Made by a program: the position numbers and the translations under genes. Positions 56,778 through 64,000 of a DNA stretch of 64,000 nucleotides are shown here, in pieces (the first letter of the stretch is position 1; each line of letters begins with the position of its first letter). The notes below the pieces were generated by a model, which made no database searches, had not been told where the DNA came from, and saw nothing but the letters and a program-made list of their open reading frames with translations. The stretch lies in IMG/VR virus record IMGVR_UViG_3300030372_003714, positions 1-64,000 of that record; one strand, written 5' to 3'. Origin of the DNA: a virus. Taxonomy: Duplodnaviria > Caudoviricetes.

Positions 56778-57431
56778 TATGATAAACTAAAGACTACGTC
56801 AATTAGGCGAGCCTTAAGGGTAACGAAAGTAGAGCGAAAGCTTGTCGTCACACTGCTCTGGTCTTTAGATACAAAGTGGATAAATGTTTAAAAGCCAGGC
56901 ACCACACTCGGTAACAGAGACTGGTTAAGAAATAATACTTCATGGAGTTAATGCAAAAAGCTTCAGTCATTCTAGATGGGCAAGGTATGTTTTGATAGCA
57001 AACACAGAGTAATTTATAGCTGAAGGAAAGTTCCTTTATAAAAAAGACTTAGTTTTATAGCTGAGATTTCAGAATGAACTGTGGGCATATGATAGAAGTA
57101 TAATAATATTTTCAACCACTTATAGTAGAGCCTGAGTCTACACTTAATTAGATAGGAACATCTAACCTCTGGTGTGTAAAGTAGGTCTCCATTGTGATGC
57201 ATATAGTTTTCTATTTGTCGTAAATAAGAGTATGCATTTTCTTTTGGATCGAAAGAGTATAAAGAAGATGCTATGTAATGTATTACACATGATGGACTCT
57301 CTGCATACTATAATCTGGTTGAATCTCTATGAGTGAGTGACAGTATTGCTTGATGTGCCTTAGATGTGGACGATAGTTGACGCTGTTACTACACTCATAT
57401 TTAATTAAATGTATAACTTAAATTATTAATT

Positions 57432-57629
57432 ATGGAAAATATTGCTATATTTGCGCTCATTTTTGTTAGTGGAGTTGTATTAGGAGTTTATATTATGGTT
57501 CAAATAAATAATAAATATGATCGTAAAACTATGGATCAGTTATTAGAATTAGAAGATCATGTAGCATCTTTAAAAAAGTATAATCGTGCTTTATTAGATA
57601 AATTAAAGCCTAAAACACTCGAAGACTGA
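57432..57629 (+). CDS. Membrane-anchored coiled-coil protein
   Basis: N-terminal TM segment followed by a coiled coil. Confidence 0.6.
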   Translation: MENIAIFALIFVSGVVLGVYIMVQINNKYDRKTMDQLLELEDHVASLKKYNRALLDKLKPKTLED

Positions 57630-57877
57630 TGAAATTAGAGATAAATAAAGAAAAAAATCCTGTTCAGTGGGCTCTAGATATGGCAGGTAAAGTAGAATGT
57701 CCTTATGCAGCTATGGTATTGTACAATAAACGTGATCAAATTATAAAACAAATTACGGTTATGGAACAAGATCATAAAGGTTATCAAAGTAAAGACATTA
57801 AACTTCAATTAACTACGTTTCGTTCAATGGCTAGAGAATTAGAACGAGCTGCAGAAATAATAATTATTGGTATATGA
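57629..57877 (+). CDS. Hypothetical protein
   Basis: 82 aa, start overlaps the upstream stop. Confidence 0.6.
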   Translation: MKLEINKEKNPVQWALDMAGKVECPYAAMVLYNKRDQIIKQITVMEQDHKGYQSKDIKLQLTTFRSMARELERAAEIIIIGI

Positions 57878-58035
57878 AAAAGATTATAGTCATTTGGCCT
57901 AGACTTAAAAAGGCTATGAAAGAGGTACATCCAGCTGAATTAGGTGTATTTCTTGGATTTACAGGTATTATATTTACAGGATTAGCTGTAGTAGCTTATT
58001 CATTAGTTATAAATCTTATAAATCTACTCTCATGA
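57874..58035 (+). CDS. Small membrane protein (53 aa), not in the track
   Basis: MKKIIVIWPRLKKAMKEVHPAELGVFLGFTGIIFTGLAVVAYSLVINLINLLS; ATGA-type overlaps at both ends. Confidence 0.55.
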   Translation: MKKIIVIWPRLKKAMKEVHPAELGVFLGFTGIIFTGLAVVAYSLVINLINLLS

Positions 58036-58175
58036 CCAAAAATAACTCAGCATTCTTTGATATTAACCTCAATCCTTCTCGTGAAAAAGACGAGTCTTAT
58101 GAAGATTATAAGAAAAGACAAAAAGAGGTAAAAAAAAGAATAAAACTACATTTGAAAGGGAGACGTATAAGATAA
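58032..58175 (+). CDS. Small basic protein (47 aa), not in the track
   Basis: MTKNNSAFFDINLNPSREKDESYEDYKKRQKEVKKRIKLHLKGRRIR. Confidence 0.55.
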   Translation: MTKNNSAFFDINLNPSREKDESYEDYKKRQKEVKKRIKLHLKGRRIR

Positions 58176-58181
58176 TTTTAT

Positions 58182-58189
58182 TATCTTTG
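58182..58189 (+). promoter_or_regulatory. Bacteroidota-type -7 promoter box (TATCTTTG)
   Basis: Intergenic, upstream of the tRNA-like element and RNR. Confidence 0.6.
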
Positions 58190-58239
58190 TTTCCCTTTTC
58201 GAATTACTCAACGCTATTCACAATACAATCTTTGTATTT

Positions 58240-58335
58240 GTAGAGTAGGCAATGTTGGAATGTGCTTCAAAAGAGAGAGTATCCGGGTGCTCGAAACTGA
58301 ACTCAGTTATAGGTTCGAATCCTTACTACTCTATA
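58240..58335 (+). ncRNA. tRNA-like structure without a canonical anticodon arm
   Basis: TAGAGTAG/CTACTCTA acceptor-like stem, GGTTCGAATCC T-loop, D-like arm containing GG, and two internal hairpins. Confidence 0.5.
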
Positions 58336-58363
58336 AATACATTATAATAACATTTAAAATTAA

Positions 58364-60223
58364 TTGCAAATGGATATATCTAATCAGATATTGAGCGACA
58401 TCGTCGTCTTTAATAAATACGCCAAGTTTATACCTGAAAAAGGTAGAAGGGAAACCTTCAATGAAATATGTGATCGTTATCAAACTATGATGATTACTAA
58501 ACATCCTCATGTAGCCAAGGATATAAAAAAGGCTATCAGCTATGTAAAAGAAAGAAAAATATTACCTTCGATGAGGGCTATGCAGTTCGCAGGAGCTGCC
58601 ATAACTAAGTCAGAATCAAGGATTTATAACTGTGCGTATTTACCAATAGATGATTATAGAGCTTTCTCTGAAATCATGTTTCTACTGTTAGGTGGAACAG
58701 GTGTTGGTTATTCAGTGCAATTTAAACACGTAAGAAATTTACCAGAAATAGTTAAACCACAAAAGACTCAAAAATATGTAATTGGAGATTCTATTGAAGG
58801 TTGGGCTGATTCTGTAAGACATCTCATTGGATCATATATGGGTGTAAGAAAGACAAAACCTGTCTTTGACTTCACAGATATAAGACCAAAGGGATCTAGG
58901 CTGGTAACGGCTGGGGGTAAAGCTCCTGGACCTGAACCGCTTAAAACATGTTTATATCATTTAGAAACATTACTAAACAGAAAACAAACAGGAGACTCTC
59001 TGACGCCTCTGGAGGTGCACGATATGGTGTGTTTTATCGCTGACGCTGTGCTTGCAGGTGGGATAAGGAGAGCAGCATTGATTTCATTATTCTCAATGGA
59101 TGATGAAGAGATGCTAACAAGTAAATATGGAAACTGGTGGGAGCTGAATCCTCAACGAGGAAGGGCTAACAACAGTGCAGTCATTCGTAGACACCGAATC
59201 ACTCACTCTGAATTTAAGAAGTTCTGGAAGAAAATCCAAGAGTCTAATTCAGGTGAGCCGGGTATGTATTTCACTAATAATAGTGATTATGGTACAAACC
59301 CTTGTTGCGAGATTGCCTTAAAACCATTTCAATTTTGTAATCTAACCGAGGTTAACGTTTCAAATATTGAGTCACAAGAAGATCTTGAGAAGAGGTGTGA
59401 GTACGCATCATTACTGGGAACTCTACAGGCGTCCTTCACGGACTTCCACTATCTTCGACCAATATGGAAACAAACAACTGAGAAAGACGCTTTAATAGGC
59501 GTTGGGATGACAGGTATAGGAAGTGGACAAATACTCAAGTATGATTTAAAGGGTGCGGCGCTTGCGTCTAACCGATCTAATGAATACTATTCTGAGTTAT
59601 TAGGCATCAATAAAGCAGCGAGGGTAACTACTATTAAACCTTCCGGAACTACGAGCTGTGTATTAGGAACATCATCAGGAATACACGCATGGCATAACGA
59701 CTATTATATTAGACGTATGCAATGCACTAAGGACGAGACTTTATATAAGTATTTGGCCAAAACTCATCCTGAACTAGTTGCTGATATGGAGTTAATACCA
59801 AACTCTGCAGTGATTGAGATCCCTCAAAAAGCACCCGCTGGTTCCATTTTACGACATGAAGAAAGTGCACTTGACATGCTAGACCGAGTTAAAACATTTA
59901 ACTTAGACTATGTGCGTGTAGGGCACAGATCAGGTGATAACACTAACAATGTATCTGCTACAGTCTCTATTAAAGAGGATGAGTGGAAACAAGTTGGTGA
60001 ATGGATGTGGCTCAACAGAGATACATTCAATGGGTTAAGTATATTACCATATGATGGTGGTACATACACTCAAGCACCATTTGAAAACATTTCAAAGACT
60101 AAATATTATAATATGATTAACTCACTGACTGCTATTGATTTACGTAAAGTCAAAGAAACTGATGACAATACTACTCGAAGTCAAGAAGTAGCATGTGCTG
60201 GTGGATCATGTGAAATAGTATAA
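58364..60223 (+). CDS. nrdJ: Class II (adenosylcobalamin-dependent) ribonucleotide reductase
   Basis: YNCAY, TNPCCEI, FCNLTE, TTIKPSGT, C-terminal CAGGSCEI. Start may be the ATG at 58370. Confidence 0.92.
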   Translation: MQMDISNQILSDIVVFNKYAKFIPEKGRRETFNEICDRYQTMMITKHPHVAKDIKKAISYVKERKILPSMRAMQFAGAAITKSESRIYNCAYLPIDDYRAFSEIMFLLLGGTGVGYSVQFKHVRNLPEIVKPQKTQKYVIGDSIEGWADSVRHLIGSYMGVRKTKPVFDFTDIRPKGSRLVTAGGKAPGPEPLKTCLYHLETLLNRKQTGDSLTPLEVHDMVCFIADAVLAGGIRRAALISLFSMDDEEMLTSKYGNWWELNPQRGRANNSAVIRRHRITHSEFKKFWKKIQESNSGEPGMYFTNNSDYGTNPCCEIALKPFQFCNLTEVNVSNIESQEDLEKRCEYASLLGTLQASFTDFHYLRPIWKQTTEKDALIGVGMTGIGSGQILKYDLKGAALASNRSNEYYSELLGINKAARVTTIKPSGTTSCVLGTSSGIHAWHNDYYIRRMQCTKDETLYKYLAKTHPELVADMELIPNSAVIEIPQKAPAGSILRHEESALDMLDRVKTFNLDYVRVGHRSGDNTNNVSATVSIKEDEWKQVGEWMWLNRDTFNGLSILPYDGGTYTQAPFENISKTKYYNMINSLTAIDLRKVKETDDNTTRSQEVACAGGSCEIV

Positions 60224-60359
60224 CATAAAAGATTTTGCAGGCATAATTGTTTAATTTTAAAATGTATGTTATGGAAAAAATAGTATTGATATTAATAATG
60301 GCAGCAGCAATGATTGGTATCATCGGTCTTTTAACGTCTAATGAAAAATACAAGGACTA

Positions 60360-60566
60360 ATGGGACATATGAAATGGATCTCTACTCTTAATAACAGTGA
60401 CCTCGTGAGTATGAGACAAATAGTAAAACTAGCAGAACAAGAAGATGAGCAGCGGGCTCAGTTTCAAGGTTCTAGCTATGAGGTTACATATTTAAAAAAT
60501 GTAATAAACTATCTAGAGACGCGAATAGTCAATGGCTATCTTGCTGATCTAGAAGAAAATGAATAA
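60360..60566 (+). CDS. Hypothetical protein
   Basis: 68-aa ORF between RNR and polymerase. Confidence 0.55.
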   Translation: MGHMKWISTLNNSDLVSMRQIVKLAEQEDEQRAQFQGSSYEVTYLKNVINYLETRIVNGYLADLEENE

Positions 60567-60569
60567 GAT

Positions 60570-62426
60570 ATGATAAAGCTAATCTGCGCACATCAACAGA
60601 TAGACCCTGTGTTTAAATGTGCTACAATGGATGAAGCTGTAAACTATCTTTCTCAACAAACTGTTCTTGGTGTCGATACTGAAACTGAAGGAAAGGATTT
60701 CACACGAAAGAGAGTCGTGATGTTTCAGATCGGTACTAAAGACTTACAGTTTGTTATTGATACAAGATACACTGGTATCGAACCTCTTATTCCTATTCTG
60801 GAGAATCCTAATATTGTGAAGATATTTCATAATGTTAAATTTGATTATAAGTTTCTTAAACGTTGGTGGGGAGCTGACATAAAGAATGTATATGATACTA
60901 TGTTAGCTGAGTGTGTAATAAACTGCGGAAGAAAAGCTGTAGGTTATTCACTTAACGCATTGACACAGAGATACTTAAGTAAAGAATTAAATAAGGATGT
61001 TCGAAACAAATTTGTTGGACTAGATGGTAAACCATTTACTACTGAACAAATATTATATGGTGCTGAAGATGTTGAGCACTTAATTGATATTAGAGACCAA
61101 CAATTAGTTAAAGTAGAGCAGTTTGGATTAGCTGAAGTATTAAAGTTAGAAAATAATGTATCTCTAGCTTTTGCTGATATAGAGTTTAATGGCTTACATT
61201 TTGATCAAGAAGCGTGGTTAGCAAATGCTAATGACACTGAAGGTGTAGTACATAAAATGGAGAATGATTTAGATGAATTGGTGAGAGCTTTAGAGCTTAA
61301 TCGATTTATAAAGAAATCATTTCAAACTGATATGTTTATACCTGCTGAAGAAATTCGTAAGATAGATATTAAATGGTCTAGTCCTACGCAAGTGCTGCGA
61401 GTATTTAGAGAATATGGTTTAGATATTGAAAAAGTAAATGCATTCGAACTATCAAAATATAAAGATAGAAAGTTTGTGGATCAATATTTAAAGTATAAAG
61501 AAAAGCAGAAAATAGTTTCAACTTATGGTAAATCTTTCCTTAAATATGTAATGAAAGATGGTAAGGTACGAACTAGCTTCTGGCAAATATTAAATACTGG
61601 CCGTGTATCAAGTGGTAGTAAGGAAGATAGAAAACCTAATATGCAAAATATTCCTGCAGATAATAAATTCAGAAATTGTTTTAAAGCAAGACCTGGATAT
61701 AGTTTAGTATCTGTGGATTATTCTGGACAGGAATTAGGTATTATAGCTTCAGGGTCTAAAGATCCTGTTTGGATGAAAGCACGTGAAGAGGAGGCAGACC
61801 TCCATAGTATATGTGCTGATATGGTATTTCAAGAGAGATGGCGTGAAGCCGATGCTGATGAAAAGAAGAAACTTAGAACTATGATTAAGACTATTAACTT
61901 TGGTCTTGCTTATGGTATGAGTAAATTCAAATTATCAGATACTCTACAAATATCAGTTGATGATGCAGAAGCATTAATTAACAAATATTTTACTGTATTC
62001 CCTAAAATCGGTGGATTTCTAGAGAATTTAGGAAATTATGGTAAATATTATGGTAATATTAGAACGTTTAAGCCTTATAGGCGCATTAGATGGTTTGAAG
62101 AGTGGCACAAGGGGTTATCCCCTCGTAAAGACTTTAAGCTGTTAGGTGCTATTGAACGGGCTAGTAAAAATACTCCTATCCAGGGAACTGGTGCAGATAT
62201 GATTAAGTTAGCTATGGTTAAAATAAGAGATTATATTAACGATAATGACTATCCTGCATATATGGTTACTCAGGTTCATGATGAAATTGGTGTTGAAGTA
62301 AAAGATGAGCATGCTGAAGAGTGGGCTCAAATTCAATCTCAATTAATGCGTGATGCTGGTGCTGAAATAATACCAGATTTCCCAATGGGTGTAGATCATA
62401 CAATTAGTAAAAAATGGTGTAAATAA
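60570..62426 (+). CDS. polA: Family A DNA polymerase with 3'-5' exonuclease domain
   Basis: Exonuclease GVDTETEG, HNVKFD, YGAED; motif A DYSGQEL, motif B KTINFGLAYG, NTPIQGTGAD, motif C VHDEI. Confidence 0.93.
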   Translation: MIKLICAHQQIDPVFKCATMDEAVNYLSQQTVLGVDTETEGKDFTRKRVVMFQIGTKDLQFVIDTRYTGIEPLIPILENPNIVKIFHNVKFDYKFLKRWWGADIKNVYDTMLAECVINCGRKAVGYSLNALTQRYLSKELNKDVRNKFVGLDGKPFTTEQILYGAEDVEHLIDIRDQQLVKVEQFGLAEVLKLENNVSLAFADIEFNGLHFDQEAWLANANDTEGVVHKMENDLDELVRALELNRFIKKSFQTDMFIPAEEIRKIDIKWSSPTQVLRVFREYGLDIEKVNAFELSKYKDRKFVDQYLKYKEKQKIVSTYGKSFLKYVMKDGKVRTSFWQILNTGRVSSGSKEDRKPNMQNIPADNKFRNCFKARPGYSLVSVDYSGQELGIIASGSKDPVWMKAREEEADLHSICADMVFQERWREADADEKKKLRTMIKTINFGLAYGMSKFKLSDTLQISVDDAEALINKYFTVFPKIGGFLENLGNYGKYYGNIRTFKPYRRIRWFEEWHKGLSPRKDFKLLGAIERASKNTPIQGTGADMIKLAMVKIRDYINDNDYPAYMVTQVHDEIGVEVKDEHAEEWAQIQSQLMRDAGAEIIPDFPMGVDHTISKKWCK

Positions 62427-62436
62427 AATTAAAAAA

Positions 62437-63651
62437 ATGGATGCGAATGAAACAAAAGACAAGATTCAACGTGATGGGTTGAACAAATGGTGGTCCTATC
62501 CAATAAATGGAAAAGGAACATTACAATATGCTACAGGTGTCGGTAAGACAAGATGTGGTGTATTAGCAGCGGCCCTAATAGCGAAGAAGTCTGGTATGGA
62601 TTGTAACATTTTAGTCCTAACACCAACTGAAACTATTAGAGATCGTGCTTGGAAAGATGAATTTAAGAAATGGGGACATATGGATGTATTTAATTCATGT
62701 GTAGAATGTGTATGTATACAAACTGCATATAAATATTTCGGACAGCATTATGATTTAGTAATAGCTGATGAAGTACATAATTATATATCTCCTGAGTATT
62801 TTAACTTCTTTGCTAATAACAGATATGACCGTGTGTTAGGTCTATCTGCATACATTGATTCAGTTAAATTACCTCTGCTTAATTCTGTGGCTCCTATCTG
62901 TGATAGAGTTAATACGAATGAAGCAAGGAAATTAGCATTAATCAGTGACTTTGTTATCTATAATGTACCGCTAAAACTTAGTGGTACAGAAAAGAGATCA
63001 TATACTGGTGCAAATAACTCATTTAACCAGTTGTTCCCTTTCTTTGATAGGGATCTTAAACTTATGTACTCTTGTATGAGACAACAAAACTATGAAACGT
63101 TTCTTCAACGTAAAGGTATGAACCTTGATGATGAAAATAAAACGTTTCCATACCGATGTAATGCGGCAATGCTTAAGAGAAAGAATTTAATTTATAATGC
63201 TAGCTCTAAAGTTGATGCTGTTAAACATCTATGTGAACTATATCCTGAGAGAAAAGCGATCATATTTTCTCAGACTATTGAATTTGCTGACAAAGTCACA
63301 GATGCATTAGGAGATAACTGTGTTAGTTTTCACAGTAAGATGGGTAAGAAAGCCAGAAAAGCTTCTCTTGACTCTCTTATTGATAATAGAACTAAAGTAA
63401 CACGTATCTCTACTGCAAAGGCTTTGAACGAGGGCATGAATGTCCCGGATATTTCAATGGCTATTATAGCCAGTGGAACCAGTAAAGCTAAAGACTTAAT
63501 CCAAAGGATTGGTCGTGTTGTTAGATGGGAAGAAGGTAAGCAGGCGCTTATTTTTCATCTATACATTGAAGATAGTCAAGAAGAGAAGTGGGTCCGCTCT
63601 TCTCAAGAGGGATATAGTGTTGAGATAATGAGACTAGAGCAGACGCATTGA
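62437..63651 (+). CDS. Superfamily 2 (DExH) helicase
   Basis: ATGVGKT, IADEVH, GLSA, LNEGMNVPD, IQRIGRVVR. Confidence 0.9.
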   Translation: MDANETKDKIQRDGLNKWWSYPINGKGTLQYATGVGKTRCGVLAAALIAKKSGMDCNILVLTPTETIRDRAWKDEFKKWGHMDVFNSCVECVCIQTAYKYFGQHYDLVIADEVHNYISPEYFNFFANNRYDRVLGLSAYIDSVKLPLLNSVAPICDRVNTNEARKLALISDFVIYNVPLKLSGTEKRSYTGANNSFNQLFPFFDRDLKLMYSCMRQQNYETFLQRKGMNLDDENKTFPYRCNAAMLKRKNLIYNASSKVDAVKHLCELYPERKAIIFSQTIEFADKVTDALGDNCVSFHSKMGKKARKASLDSLIDNRTKVTRISTAKALNEGMNVPDISMAIIASGTSKAKDLIQRIGRVVRWEEGKQALIFHLYIEDSQEEKWVRSSQEGYSVEIMRLEQTH

Positions 63652-63743
63652 TCGTCGCTGAAGCTATTAAAATTAGGATAACCTGGTCGGCGCCTAACTG
63701 CTCTAGTCTTCATTATAATGTTTAATTAATTAAATTCAATACT

Positions 63744-63977
63744 ATGAATATACCTGGTTATGATAACTGGAAATTAGCTTCCCCTCCTGAAGATAGTACA
63801 GTTAGCCCATGTTGTGGGTCAGAATATGAGGAAACAACGAGTGAAGCATTTTGTTGCTATAAATGTTATGCTTGTCAAGATGTATTTGATGAGCCTATAG
63901 AACAATATGAATATCATGAACAGCAAAAAGAGTCCTGGGCAGACATGATGATGGACGAAGAGCGTTTAAATAAATGA
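63744..63977 (+). CDS. Small Cys-containing (possible Zn-ribbon) protein
   Basis: YDNWKLASPP...SPCCG...CYACQ. Confidence 0.6.
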   Translation: MNIPGYDNWKLASPPEDSTVSPCCGSEYEETTSEAFCCYKCYACQDVFDEPIEQYEYHEQQKESWADMMMDEERLNK

Positions 63978-64000
63978 ACATATTTAAAACACTTGCTGAA

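Noticed and set aside
58265-58271. CTTCAAA as a tRNA-Sec or opal-suppressor anticodon loop
   Set aside because: The flanks do not form an anticodon stem and the loop is too close to the acceptor stem.
54140-60353. Track ORFs 54140..54364, 54291..54497, 54916..55182, 55411..55911, 55818..56006, 57014..57202, 60171..60353
   Set aside because: They span promoter or hairpin regions, or are antisense/out-of-frame to real genes, and look non-coding.
44127-63651. Inteins or group I introns in terminase, RNR, PolA or helicase
   Set aside because: Catalytic motifs are contiguous at normal spacing, with no intein termini or homing-endonuclease motifs noticed.

Overview
This is a 64-kb AT-rich segment of a lytic, crAss-like (Crassvirales-related) phage that probably infects Bacteroidota. 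From 1 to about 54.2 kb the minus strand carries a virion/late module: cargo/ejection proteins (the first truncated at the window start), a muzzle/nozzle-type tail protein, ring proteins, a 3837-aa Cys-rich giant protein, a tail fibre, capsid genes, a lytic transglycosylase, portal, terminase, endolysin, small accessory genes and a tRNA-Met. From about 54.4 kb the plus strand carries early/replication genes (class II RNR, family A DNA polymerase, SF2 helicase) interspersed with hairpin-dense non-coding stretches. Seven intergenic Bacteroidota-type TAnnTTTG promoter boxes support the host assignment. The most unusual items are the modular giant protein with an intact metzincin motif and two host-like beta-propeller blocks, a twice-repeated structured RNA motif within or next to an ~800-nt hairpin-rich non-coding region, a non-canonical tRNA-like fold, and peptidoglycan hydrolase domains on probable virion proteins. 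All homology calls come from motif recognition by eye; no database searches were run.
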